64,000 nt of DNA from Bacillota bacterium (GTDB taxonomy: Bacteria; Bacillota; Clostridia; Christensenellales; SZUA-584), in NCBI GenBank assembly GCA_023459495.1, contig JAEWTL010000118.1, forward strand, positions 45,949 to 109,948. Reading direction: 5' to 3'. The first letter of the stretch is position 1, and each line of letters starts with the position of its first letter. Positions 36,236 to 45,356 of the stretch are shown piece by piece. The position numbers and the translations under genes were made by a program. The notes beneath the pieces are model-generated. The model was not told where the DNA came from. It made no database searches and was given only the letters and a program-made list of their open reading frames with translations.

Positions 36236-37186
36236 TTACACGATCTTGATCTTACGCAGTACACCCGCCGACTTCGAGTTCTTAATCGCCATGGCGGCGA
36301 CCATTTCGACGGCACCAGTCTTGACCGCATCCGAGGACTTCATATCCGGCAGATACACCTCAACCAGCTTATCACCTTCGGGGCTCACGCCGTGAACGCC
36401 GTCCAGGCCGAGGCGGACCGGGTAAATTGAGGTTTCACCGTTCGTCGTCGGGATGATCGGGTTGGAAGAGCCGGGTTTATCGCCCAGCGACATTACCAGC
36501 GCGGATCCCCACTGAGTCGCTTCGGTGCCGTAATTGGCCTTGCTGGTGAGGTTGATACCGGCGCGGTCCATGACGCTTTGGAACTTGGCGTACAAGCCCT
36601 TGTTCATGAGCCAAAGCGTCGGAGATCCATCCAGCAGTGCCTCCAGATCGCGCAGCGCATCGAGGAACGTTTTCCAGTTGCTATCGATGGCGGATGAGGA
36701 AGAAAGATCGATCGCCGCAGACGGGATGATCTCTGTCACGCCGCCCGCAACCGCCTTATCAATTCCGTCAAACTGCGTAGCGTTCACACCGCTGTCGCCG
36801 TTGATAGCCATGTCGTGGAACAGCGCCCGCGTTGCCTTGACCTTCTGTTCCGACTGCATCTGGATATGATTTATCCGCAGCCGCTCATGCTGGATGATGA
36901 CGCGATCGAGGTTGTACGAACCGCCGAACACCTTCAGGTTCACGGTGATCTGCTCCGTCTTGGTTTCCTGCGGCGTATAGTCGCTGTTGATCGCGCGCGG
37001 CGCCGCAGTGGGTTGCGTGGTCACGCGATTGTATACGTACGCGAGGGTCTGACCGTCACCCTGAGGCAAAACGGTATTGTCAAACGGCAGCATGTCAAGC
37101 AGGCCGGACTTCCGGAACTCATCAATGACGAGCCCAGTCAGCTTATCCTGCGACAGTGCCTTGGCTTCTGCCAATGTAAGAGGCAT
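36236..37186 (-). CDS. Major capsid protein
   Basis: 316 aa, immediately downstream of the scaffold gene. The N-terminus MPLTLAEAKALSQDKL is typical of this capsid family. Confidence 0.8.
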   Translation of the reverse strand: MPLTLAEAKALSQDKLTGLVIDEFRKSGLLDMLPFDNTVLPQGDGQTLAYVYNRVTTQPTAAPRAINSDYTPQETKTEQITVNLKVFGGSYNLDRVIIQHERLRINHIQMQSEQKVKATRALFHDMAINGDSGVNATQFDGIDKAVAGGVTEIIPSAAIDLSSSSAIDSNWKTFLDALRDLEALLDGSPTLWLMNKGLYAKFQSVMDRAGINLTSKANYGTEATQWGSALVMSLGDKPGSSNPIIPTTNGETSIYPVRLGLDGVHGVSPEGDKLVEVYLPDMKSSDAVKTGAVEMVAAMAIKNSKSAGVLRKIKIV

Positions 37187-37214
37187 AACTTTTTCTCCTT
37201 TTTATATTTTGGTC

Positions 37215-37739
37215 TTACTGCTGAGCGATGCGTTCTTCGATCGCAGCGCCCCACGTTGTTTTCTGAGCATCTCCGCCACCGCCAGCTGGCGGCGGGTTCC
37301 CGCCTGCGCCCGGCACAGACACTTCGCCGAAAGCCCAGCCTTTGGACTGTTTCAGCGCCGCGATCTGATCATCCGCGCCGACAAGGTTTCCCGCTTCGTC
37401 GAGGCTGATCTTACTCTTATCGAGCAGCGCACCTACGGCGATGACGTCCTTTGCCTGCTCCGCATACAACTTGGCGTCGAGCTTTCTATCCCGCTGCAGC
37501 GTGGCGTTTTCGCCCTTCAGCTTCTCGTTGTCTGCCTGGAGCGCCGCCGCGTCGACCTTCTCGAGCGCCGCCACCTTTTCTTCAGCGGTCTTTCTGTCAG
37601 CATCGGCCTTGTCGAATTTGTCCTTGGCGACATACCCGCCGTCAGCGAGGTTGGCCAGCTTGATCTTGTCGTTGCCCTTCAGGGCAGTTTCCAGCTGAGT
37701 GTAGAGCTCATCGCCCAGTACCGGTTTCAAAAATTCCAT
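37215..37739 (-). CDS. Scaffolding protein (GP20-like)
   Basis: MEFLKPVLGDELYTQLETALKGNDKIKLANLADGGYV... is a helical, acidic/basic repeat pattern. Confidence 0.8.
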   Translation of the reverse strand: MEFLKPVLGDELYTQLETALKGNDKIKLANLADGGYVAKDKFDKADADRKTAEEKVAALEKVDAAALQADNEKLKGENATLQRDRKLDAKLYAEQAKDVIAVGALLDKSKISLDEAGNLVGADDQIAALKQSKGWAFGEVSVPGAGGNPPPAGGGGDAQKTTWGAAIEERIAQQ

Positions 37740-37850
37740 GTGGATCCTTTCTCCCCGTAGATTTAGTTTAAGGGCCGGTCTACTCCGGATACTCGCGGGG
37801 CCATGCAGTTAAGCGCCCGGCATGGTAGGCAGAATTTATAAAAACAGCGC

Positions 37851-38903
37851 CTAAGCGCCACTTTTATCTTTGATTTTGGAAAGTACATATTTATAGTCGC
37901 GTTGCATATCGCGCCACCTATCACCGTTTGCGCGTTTGATTGCCCGAAACGCGCTGAGTGTCTTTGGTGCACTGTCGCCAAGATATGCGCGATACCTTTC
38001 CCACTGTCGGCGGTCGCGGCGCTGGTCGCGCTTATCGGCCTGCATGGCATTATAGGCATCGACTTCCTGCTGGGCACGGGTATCGCCTCGTAGAGGCTTC
38101 TTTGCATCCTCCAGATACTGCGCGCGCTCTTCATCGGTCCATAATGCCTCGACGGTGAGCACAACTACATGCCTGCAATTGGGGTGGATGACCTTAAACC
38201 CCTTATCGAAACCCGGCACGTCCGAGAGGGCAGGGAAGCGCTTGTCTTTCCCTGAGATCGAAAATATGCGACCCTGGATCGGCGCGCATACCTCACAGGT
38301 AGGGTAGTGCTCCGAGAACTTAACCAGATCATAGCCCAGCTGCTCGCCGGTCGACGTTGTTGCGCTATTGGTGGCTTCACGCGTGGTGGTGCGCGCCACC
38401 AGATCCGCGTATCCATCTAAACGAAACTGCCGTCCGGATCCGCCGGTCACCGTCGTCATGCCTTCGGCCTGCAGGCGCTCAAGAATCCGCCGCCTGGCTT
38501 CACGTATCGTCTGGCCGGTGCTGAGCTTCTCCGCTATTGCATCAATGCCAATCTGACGGATGTTGTCCGCCAAATGCCTGCCGAAATAATGGTTGGCCTC
38601 GACAAGCTGGTCCACCGCGTTTTCTGCTATGATCTGCATTGCGCTGCGGTTCAAGCCTCCGAACGGCCCGGCCTGTATATCCGCCAGCGCTTTGGCTTCT
38701 GCAGCGGTATACGATTTCTTGACCAACTCCGCCAGGTCCTTAGCCGCAGCCGCATCCAGCTTAGCAACTTCCTTTTCGATCTCCGCGACGAGCCGTTTGT
38801 AATATCGCTTCCAGCTCGCGCCCTCCGACATCTCGGCGATTTTCTTCAGCAGCCGTTTATATGCCGCCTGATAATACTTGATCAACCGTTCCTGGGCGGT
38901 CAT
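37851..38903 (-). CDS. Head morphogenesis protein (Mu F / SPP1 gp7 family)
   Basis: Follows the portal gene. Has conserved ...CEVCAP...HPNCRH... motifs. Confidence 0.8.
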   Translation of the reverse strand: MTAQERLIKYYQAAYKRLLKKIAEMSEGASWKRYYKRLVAEIEKEVAKLDAAAAKDLAELVKKSYTAAEAKALADIQAGPFGGLNRSAMQIIAENAVDQLVEANHYFGRHLADNIRQIGIDAIAEKLSTGQTIREARRRILERLQAEGMTTVTGGSGRQFRLDGYADLVARTTTREATNSATTSTGEQLGYDLVKFSEHYPTCEVCAPIQGRIFSISGKDKRFPALSDVPGFDKGFKVIHPNCRHVVVLTVEALWTDEERAQYLEDAKKPLRGDTRAQQEVDAYNAMQADKRDQRRDRRQWERYRAYLGDSAPKTLSAFRAIKRANGDRWRDMQRDYKYVLSKIKDKSGA

Positions 38904-40285
38904 TCTTCATCGCCTGCGCCTTCATCATCTCCGGCTATTCTGGGCACGGTAACCGTAGGCGACATAGCGGCCTCTTCGTCATGAATCTGATTCTGCTCTT
39001 TTTTAGTATCGTCATCGCTGAGACCGCGCTTTTTGATTGCACTATATTGGCTCATGACCGCTTTTCCGCCTGTCGCAGATGACAGCATCTCCAGCTGTTC
39101 TTTTTCGTCGACCGGAAGACCGTCGCTCCAATAGAGCTTCAGTGTGTTTTTGTTGATTTTAATGTTATTGAGCTTTGCAAGGTTGTAAATTACCCGCTTT
39201 ACTGTTGGGCTATTGAGACTTACCAGCCGCTGCGCCTTAATGCGCGGCGATACCATGCGCAGCTTTAGGGCAGTACCTGATGAATCACTGGCATCCCCGC
39301 CTGCGTCTGCGAAAGCCTGTCCCATCTCGGATAAAATATAGAGTTGATCGAGCAGTATCTCGATCTCTTTCCAGTTGCTTTCAAGGTTTCCATCCCAAAC
39401 GACGTATCCGAAATCAGGGTCGTCTTTACTTTCGCGTTGAAAGTAGTTGCCCAGTGGAACAAAATATTGCTTCGTACGTTCATCCCACTCCAGCGCCGAC
39501 TTTGGCCCGCTCATACTCGGCTCGCTGTGCTTATCGAGGATCGTATCTGCGCAGTGTAAACGCCACATAAGCTCGGCAATGATGCTGTTTACGATATTAT
39601 AATCATCCAGCCCGAAGACGCTGCCGCTATGCGTCAGGTTCGTCAGCCGCTGCACCGCCGAAATTTCCAGCCCGGTCGATTTAGTGACCGGCGCGCTAAT
39701 TAAGCCTCCGATCGTGCTGCTATCTGCATTGAACTTATGCTTCCGGATCTCAATCTTGCCCGACGAGTGGATCTCCGCGTACAGCGCTGACGGCTTCCCG
39801 TCGGCGTCGGTATCGGTCGGATATACGATAACGTCCTGCAAAATACGCTTCAGATTCGACGGATCCACGATCGGTATCCAGTGCTGTGGGTTGGCCTCTG
39901 TGATTTCCTTGCCGACGAACTTAATCAGCCCGTTTCCGTACCGGCTGACGTCGATGATATTTTCATAGAGCATGCTAAAAAAATTCAGATCGTTCAGCAG
40001 CTCCATCAACTGATCGGTTTCGCCTTCCGTTTCGATTGTCGGAGACTCCCCGCACACAAAATCAGCTGTCTTTTTAGAGAGCAACTGGTGATAGTTGAGG
40101 ATCGTTTTCACGCTGCTGTTTTTCTTCTTGTACTGATCAGCCAATTTAACAAATCGGGCTTTCCATACCTCGTCATGTTCCGTAAGAAAAAGCCGTTCAT
40201 GTTCCTGGTACCGTTTGATCCGGGCTGCCTCGCTCGGGGGAGGCCATGGCTTACCTTCAGCCAGCCAGTTTAAATTCGTCAGCAT
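38900..40285 (-). CDS. Portal protein
   Basis: 461 aa between the large terminase and the F-like protein. Acidic C-terminus. Confidence 0.8.
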   Translation of the reverse strand: MLTNLNWLAEGKPWPPPSEAARIKRYQEHERLFLTEHDEVWKARFVKLADQYKKKNSSVKTILNYHQLLSKKTADFVCGESPTIETEGETDQLMELLNDLNFFSMLYENIIDVSRYGNGLIKFVGKEITEANPQHWIPIVDPSNLKRILQDVIVYPTDTDADGKPSALYAEIHSSGKIEIRKHKFNADSSTIGGLISAPVTKSTGLEISAVQRLTNLTHSGSVFGLDDYNIVNSIIAELMWRLHCADTILDKHSEPSMSGPKSALEWDERTKQYFVPLGNYFQRESKDDPDFGYVVWDGNLESNWKEIEILLDQLYILSEMGQAFADAGGDASDSSGTALKLRMVSPRIKAQRLVSLNSPTVKRVIYNLAKLNNIKINKNTLKLYWSDGLPVDEKEQLEMLSSATGGKAVMSQYSAIKKRGLSDDDTKKEQNQIHDEEAAMSPTVTVPRIAGDDEGAGDEE

Positions 40286-40294
40286 ATGACCTCC

Positions 40295-42091
40295 TTATAC
40301 CGCCACATTTACAAAGCCTGCGCTGCTGCGCCGTGATGCCAGACTGCGTGCGCCCTCGAGGGCATCCGGTCCATCGTCGTGATCGCCCATAGGGAAAAAC
40401 CTCAACTGCTCAAGCAGCCGTTTATGTTCACGGTTAAATTTGATGTACTTGTTTTTGATGTCAGGCTGCAGCGTCTGGATGCGCAGCGTTTTATCCGATG
40501 TCTGGTTGACCTCCACGATAGGGAGGTAGACCCGTGCCGCCGCGCTGGCCTTGGCGAGCTGCTCCTTCAAGAACCACTGAAACTGGTTCGTTTCAGCGCC
40601 GAACTTGCGGTAACGCTTATTAAACTGCTTTTGAATCCACCGGGCCTTGCCGAGGACATCCTCGATGATCCTATCCGGATGACGCCGCTCAATATCAGCG
40701 TCGGCCACAAGCATGTATCCGGTCTTCTTATCCAGCGCCAGCGTAATGATCGCGGAAAAGTCGCTCTTCTTTGTTTTGCCGAGCGATGGATCCACAAAGC
40801 CAAAGAACTCCCATCGCGGATCGCGGAAGTCGATCTCGGCGGGGTTGTAGTAATCAAACCACTCTTCATTGAACAGACAGTCGTCCGGATTGATCGGTTC
40901 ATTCTGTAACTCACTGTTGAACGCGGATATGCCACCGTCGATGCGCTCGCGCATCAAGTCATAGTAGGAGTTCTTTTCTTCCCACAGCACCTGTGTTCCG
41001 GCCAACATCTCATCCCGGTGAGCTTCGAAGAATGCTCGCGCATCCGTTTCGTGGTTATCGTTCGACAGATCGATATAGATTTTCTCCCAGTCATCCCACA
41101 GCTTGGATCCGGAAAAGGATAGCACAGCTTTGTACTTTTTGCCCTTGAATCCCGGATTCTTCAGGATCTTTGCAAGGAGGCCGTCATAATGCAGCATGGT
41201 GCCGATGTACACAAAGTCTGTGTAACTATCACCGGCTTTCAGCACGGCCTTGGTAAACCAGTCGTTCAGCTTCTTGCGCTGTTCCGGTGTCTGAACGTTC
41301 GTATCGTTTTCCATGTCATCCAGGATGACCAGATCCGGACGCCAGTTCTTATGCTTCAGACCGCGGACCTTTTGCCCGGCGCCCATGGCCTGCACCTTAA
41401 TGTTAGTCTTGGTGACGATGACGTCCTCGCGCCAAATGCTACCGCGCAGTTCGCCAAAGTCCTCCCGGATGGCCTCATTCTCTTCTAACTCCTCGGCGTA
41501 GGCAGCGAGGAATCCCGCAGCCTGGCCGTAGGTGTCGGACATCAGAATGATGAAGTGCTTATATTCATATAACGTGGCATGCAGCCCGTCCTTGAACGTG
41601 AAGTTTGTAGACTTCGCGTGGCCACGGGGGGCCGCGGTCGCCCGGCGGCAGCCCGGTTTCTGGTTGATGGCTTTTTTATTGTCCAGTGGATTGAGGCCCT
41701 TCATGACACCTTCGGCAAAAAGGGCGTCCAGCTCACGGTGGAACGGCGGCGACGGACGGCTGAAGTAATGGGGCAGATACGCCCGGCCAAAGTAGTTGAG
41801 ATCAAACGCCGCCAGCTTCTTGCGCAGGCCGTCCGGCCCGGTAAGCTTTGCGCCAGCTCGCAGCTGCGCCAATAGCTCGGCACGGCGTGGATCACCATCC
41901 ACTGTTAAACACTCTTCTAAAAGTGTTTTAATAGCGTTAAAATCAACCTTTAAACCTTCGTCACTTTTACGGGCTGCCTCTGCAATCGCATCACTTAGCT
42001 TCTGTACACTACGCTTTTTAGCCTCATTCACTTGGCAGCCCCCCCTTTGTCTATGAAAATGAAGCCCTACGAGGCGATCTGAGCGCGGCAC
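40295..42091 (-). CDS. Terminase large subunit
   Basis: Walker-A-like RGHAKST, DLVILDDMEND (Walker B) and a C-terminal nuclease region. The true start may be the in-frame GTG at 42031, preceded by GGGGGG. Confidence 0.9.
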   Translation of the reverse strand: MPRSDRLVGLHFHRQRGGCQVNEAKKRSVQKLSDAIAEAARKSDEGLKVDFNAIKTLLEECLTVDGDPRRAELLAQLRAGAKLTGPDGLRKKLAAFDLNYFGRAYLPHYFSRPSPPFHRELDALFAEGVMKGLNPLDNKKAINQKPGCRRATAAPRGHAKSTNFTFKDGLHATLYEYKHFIILMSDTYGQAAGFLAAYAEELEENEAIREDFGELRGSIWREDVIVTKTNIKVQAMGAGQKVRGLKHKNWRPDLVILDDMENDTNVQTPEQRKKLNDWFTKAVLKAGDSYTDFVYIGTMLHYDGLLAKILKNPGFKGKKYKAVLSFSGSKLWDDWEKIYIDLSNDNHETDARAFFEAHRDEMLAGTQVLWEEKNSYYDLMRERIDGGISAFNSELQNEPINPDDCLFNEEWFDYYNPAEIDFRDPRWEFFGFVDPSLGKTKKSDFSAIITLALDKKTGYMLVADADIERRHPDRIIEDVLGKARWIQKQFNKRYRKFGAETNQFQWFLKEQLAKASAAARVYLPIVEVNQTSDKTLRIQTLQPDIKNKYIKFNREHKRLLEQLRFFPMGDHDDGPDALEGARSLASRRSSAGFVNVAV

Positions 42092-42204
42092 CCTGCCGAA
42101 CGCCCAAACACACCAGCGCGGACTTTTGAATACGCTTTAAAATCTCTTGAACGTTTTAAAACACCTTTAAATTAAAAAGGCCTCCAAAAAAGGCAGGGTC
42201 GGAC

Positions 42205-42294
42205 ATCCGGGCGGCAATTTTGCCCGGATTTGTGGCCGATATTACCCCGTTTCGGGCCCGCCGGGGGACGAATCAACCCCGGCGGACGAAACGG
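42205..42294 (-). promoter_or_regulatory. Two very stable hairpins in the 231-nt gap between the NusG-like and large terminase genes
   Basis: Hairpin 1 (42247-42294) has 8-bp and 9-bp stems: CCGUUUCG/CGAAACGG enclosing CCGCCGGGG/CCCCGGCGG. Hairpin 2 (42205-42229) is ATCCGGGC/GCCCGGAT. Neither has a clear U-tract. Confidence 0.5.
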
Positions 42295-42322
42295 TTTTGG
42301 AGGTGCACTATGGGTATCAAAC

Positions 42323-42844
42323 TTATTTTAACGGTTCATCGTCAGCCTCTTCGGTATCACCGTCGCTGTCTCCGGCGGCGGTGACCACCGATAGGCTGAT
42401 CTCGTGAGGCTCTCCCGCAAGGGTGATCCTCACCTTCGCGCGCTTGGCGCGTGTGTTTACGCTGACGATCTCTGGTTCGTGGCCCTTGAGCGGGCCAGTC
42501 ATCACCGCACCGTCTTGATCCAGTTCGGATGGTTGCAACGGTTTTCCGCCGCTTGCCAGCCATGTGATATATTCCGCTTCTTTCCTCGACAGCTCTGTTG
42601 GCTGCTTGTCGCCCAGGAAGCGTATCACATGCGGGATGCCCTTAATCTTATAGTAGGCTTTCAAATCCATAGCCATATCCACAAAGACATACCCGGTGAA
42701 CAGTGTCCGCTCGCGCTGGACCTCTTTGCCGTTCTTACGCTCCAGCGCAATCTCCCGCGGCACCATGGCACCGAAGTACAGCCGCCGCAGCTCGTCCCGG
42801 ATGGCCATCTCTTGGCCGGTCTGGACATGGAGCACATAGATCAT
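42323..42844 (-). CDS. NusG-family transcription antitermination paralog (LoaP/RfaH-like)
   Basis: NGN motifs YVLHVQTGQE...LFTGYVFVDM...IPHVIRFLG, followed by a KOW-like segment. Confidence 0.8.
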   Translation of the reverse strand: MIYVLHVQTGQEMAIRDELRRLYFGAMVPREIALERKNGKEVQRERTLFTGYVFVDMAMDLKAYYKIKGIPHVIRFLGDKQPTELSRKEAEYITWLASGGKPLQPSELDQDGAVMTGPLKGHEPEIVSVNTRAKRAKVRITLAGEPHEISLSVVTAAGDSDGDTEEADDEPLK

Positions 42845-43380
42845 GCGGCACCGCCCTTCTCGGCAAGGAACTTACTGACCTCGGTATACAGATCCGGACG
42901 CTCCTTGGACATCGCTTCGAAGAACTGCGCCTTGATCTGCTCGAAGCCCGCTTCCAGTGCATCTTTGTTCTGGATATCGATCCGGGACTTGTAGGCCGCA
43001 GCCCGGATCAGAGCCGAGGACTCGCGGAGCAGCTTCTCCGGATCCATCTTAGCCAGCTCGTCGGGCTGCTTCTGCTGAATTGCCTCAAGTACCTGATGAG
43101 AGAGCAGCCGGATGATAGCTTCGCTCGCGTCCAACTGCGGATACTTGCCGACCTCATCCATGATGACACGGAAGTTTTCCTGTGCCATCCGGAGGGACTG
43201 CACCGTGGCGTTCAGCGTGCTCGCATGCCGCCAGACGGAAGTAACCGATATCTCGTAACCCTGCTGCTTGATGTAATCCGCGATCTCTCCGTATGTGCAG
43301 TCAGTTTGCATCATCCGCTCGACCGTGTCCTTGATGGGCTGCGGAAGAGCGTCGATCTTGGAGTGCTTACGCCTTGCCAT
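42841..43380 (-). CDS. Terminase small subunit, Mu gp27-like (DUF3486)
   Basis: N-terminus MARRKHSKIDALPQPIKDTVERMM...TYGEIADYI is typical of the gp27 family. Confidence 0.7.
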   Translation of the reverse strand: MARRKHSKIDALPQPIKDTVERMMQTDCTYGEIADYIKQQGYEISVTSVWRHASTLNATVQSLRMAQENFRVIMDEVGKYPQLDASEAIIRLLSHQVLEAIQQKQPDELAKMDPEKLLRESSALIRAAAYKSRIDIQNKDALEAGFEQIKAQFFEAMSKERPDLYTEVSKFLAEKGGAA

Positions 43381-43392
43381 GCGTCACACCCC

Positions 43393-43728
43393 CTAAACCC
43401 TAACCAGCGAGTCTTTGATCCCAAACGCGAGCAGCTGGATACCCTTCGCGGTGAGCTTCGCTTCAAGCTTCCGGTAATCCACATCCGCAAGGCCCGCCTC
43501 TACGTTGGCCTTGGTCTCGCAATCCCGGAGGTGGATATACCCGGCTTCAAAAAGATAGTTGACCGCATCGAGGAGTTCATCTTCCTCAATGTCCGGGTGG
43601 GCGTATTGGATGGCCGTCAGCTTGTTGTACGCATGACGGAGGATATTGATTGTACGTAGGACGCGGCCCGTGTTGTCAACAAAGTTACCGGCGCGGATAC
43701 GTTTCTTCAGTTCGTCGCGTTCATCCAT
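43393..43728 (-). CDS. Hypothetical phage protein
   Basis: 111-aa ORF with coding-like composition, translationally coupled to its neighbours. Confidence 0.5.
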   Translation of the reverse strand: MDERDELKKRIRAGNFVDNTGRVLRTINILRHAYNKLTAIQYAHPDIEEDELLDAVNYLFEAGYIHLRDCETKANVEAGLADVDYRKLEAKLTAKGIQLLAFGIKDSLVRV

Positions 43729-44047
43729 TCTTGCTGCCGCCTCCTTTGATATCGAGCAGGATCTCCATGATCCGATCGAGTTTGCGGTCTGTCTTCGCCT
43801 GTTCCCTGAAAAAGTCTTCTTTGGTCAGATAGTTGGTCTTGATCTCTCCGATTGTCCTTTCGAGAGCTGTTACCTCATCGCGCAGCTCGCAGACTTCCTC
43901 TTTGGAAGCCTTACAGCTTTCTAGTGTATCTACACGCTCGGCGAGCTTGTCCGACTGGTTGATCGTGCGCTTCAGGAAAAAACCGATTATGCCCACAACG
44001 ATGCCCACAGCGCTCAGTGCAATTGCGATGATCCCACCAGTATCCAT
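43721..44047 (-). CDS. Membrane-anchored coiled-coil protein (first late gene)
   Basis: Start trimmed to MDTGGIIAIALSAVGIVVGIIGFFL (one TM helix), followed by a coiled coil. Confidence 0.55.
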   Translation of the reverse strand: MDTGGIIAIALSAVGIVVGIIGFFLKRTINQSDKLAERVDTLESCKASKEEVCELRDEVTALERTIGEIKTNYLTKEDFFREQAKTDRKLDRIMEILLDIKGGGSKNG

Positions 44048-44057
44048 CTGACACCCC

Positions 44058-44096
44058 ATAAAAAAAGTAAGGTCTTGGCTGATACCAAAACCTTAC
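44058..44096 (-). terminator. Strong intrinsic terminator downstream of mor
   Basis: 12-bp stem GUAAGGUUUUGG/CCAAGACCUUAC, loop UAUCAG, followed by U7. Confidence 0.7.
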
Positions 44097-44097
44097 C

Positions 44098-44129
44098 ATT
44101 ATATCGCTTGACCATAAAGCAAAGCGCTT
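44098..44129 (-). promoter_or_regulatory. Candidate Mor-dependent late promoter
   Basis: TATAAT (44103-44098) directly abuts the terminator stem. There is no good -35. The palindrome AAGCGCTT (44122-44129) and the direct repeat TCAAGCG x2 occupy the -35 and upstream region. Confidence 0.4.
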
Positions 44130-44167
44130 GATGTATTTTGTTTGCTATACTACTTTTATAAACTACT

Positions 44168-44491
44168 TTAAACTGCCTCTGAGGTGTCATCGAACAAGCT
44201 GATCTGGCCTACTACGGGCGGTATGGAAGGGCCAACGATCTGGCGCACCCACTGCTCCGATATCCCGTACCTAATTGCAAGCTCGCGATGGTTGTATCCA
44301 GTGTACTCCTCTTTGATCAAGCTGTCACGCACTTTTATTGTCAGCTTATCCACAGTGGGGATATACATCGTGCAGCCCGCAAACATTTCAACCAGCTTGC
44401 GATAAGCTTCTATCCCGATTGCTTCGGCCACCCGGCGCGGCTCGTCGGCTAGATGCTCCAGCTGCAGCTGCTCAAGTAGATCTATTGCCAT
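44168..44491 (-). CDS. mor: Mor-family transcriptional activator
   Basis: ...FAGCTMYIPTVDKLTIKVRDSLIKEEYTGYNHRELAIRYGISEQWVRQIV matches the Mor/C family including the C-terminal HTH. Confidence 0.8.
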   Translation of the reverse strand: MAIDLLEQLQLEHLADEPRRVAEAIGIEAYRKLVEMFAGCTMYIPTVDKLTIKVRDSLIKEEYTGYNHRELAIRYGISEQWVRQIVGPSIPPVVGQISLFDDTSEAV

Positions 44492-44981
44492 CGCTACGCT
44501 CCTTTCTGCGCTCTGCCGACGCCACGTACCGCTTCAGCTTTTCGATTAGCTGCCCGCCAGTATACGGTGTAAGCCATCGAAACGGTTCTTCGACGGTGGC
44601 GTCGACAAGCAGCTCTTTTTTGATCACACCGACCATGCGTTCTCCGGCGGTCGCTTTGGACTTCTTATCGTCCAGCTCGATTAGTCGGTAGATGTACCGC
44701 CATGCCAGCCGCTGCTGCGCTTTGTTCATCCGCCCGGCAGGCGTATTGTCGGTGGCTGCCGGAGGCAATGGCGCGCGGCGGGACTTGCCCTGAAGGAGGG
44801 GGAGCAGCTCCCGCTCCACATTGTAAAAATCGCCATCACTCAGATCCTTAACCGAACCTTTGCCGGTAACCCGCATTACAATCGCATGCAGATTATCGTC
44901 CTTGTTCCCGGACTCAAGGACGCCTGCAGCCGCGCCCAGCGCGTAGATCCGCCGTACCTGTTCCTTCGTAATTGCACCCAT
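44472..44981 (-). CDS. GemA / Mu gp16-like protein (DUF1018)
   Basis: ITKEQVRRIYALGAAAG...SVKDLSDGDFYNVEREL is typical of gp16. Confidence 0.7.
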   Translation of the reverse strand: MGAITKEQVRRIYALGAAAGVLESGNKDDNLHAIVMRVTGKGSVKDLSDGDFYNVERELLPLLQGKSRRAPLPPAATDNTPAGRMNKAQQRLAWRYIYRLIELDDKKSKATAGERMVGVIKKELLVDATVEEPFRWLTPYTGGQLIEKLKRYVASAERRKERSDGNRST

Positions 44982-44996
44982 GTCAACCTCCTTATC

Positions 44997-45356
44997 TTAC
45001 CGTCCCGATGCTGCCCGCTTCTTACGCTTTTTCTTCTTTGGCTGGCTTTCCCGCTCCAGCCGCTTCCGGAACGCGTCCATTCTTTTATCTACCGCAGTTT
45101 TGGTTTTATCTTCTATCCTCTTCCAAAGCTCATCATTTGATATTTTCCCATCCTGACAATCCCGCAGCCATAGGACATTTTCCATAATGTCTGCTAACCG
45201 ACGGGCAAGAGGCTTGTCGCAAAACTGCTGATTCTCGGCAAGGCCCTGCACATGGAACATGCATTCATGCAGCAGCTGTGTTGACACCCTGAATGAATCG
45301 GCTTTCACACGGTCCATTATGTCCTGCGCCCACTCGCGCTCCTGCTTCGGCGTCAT
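44997..45356 (-). CDS. Hypothetical phage protein with a basic C-terminus
   Basis: 119-aa ORF with a KKKKRKKR tail. Confidence 0.5.
   Translation of the reverse strand: MTPKQEREWAQDIMDRVKADSFRVSTQLLHECMFHVQGLAENQQFCDKPLARRLADIMENVLWLRDCQDGKISNDELWKRIEDKTKTAVDKRMDAFRKRLERESQPKKKKRKKRAASGR

Noticed and set aside
37740-37850. Structured intergenic RNA between the F-like and scaffold genes as another ribozyme candidate
   Set aside because: It contains only short alternative hairpins (CCAUGC/GCAUGG, CCGG/CCGG, CCCCG/CGGGG) and a weak terminator-like GGCGC-UUAG-GCGCU plus U5. There is no recognisable catalytic core and no second copy.
37763-38164. 133-aa minus-strand ORF overlapping the 3' end of the Mu-F-like gene and the following intergenic region
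   Set aside because: It is out of frame with and nested in a well-supported gene. It has no RBS and its composition is typical of an off-frame read.
42092-42322. The hairpin region downstream of the NusG-like gene as a pac site or simple intrinsic terminators
   Set aside because: Neither hairpin is followed by a U-tract, and Mu-like phages package from a genome end. It is kept only as an unexplained structured leader.
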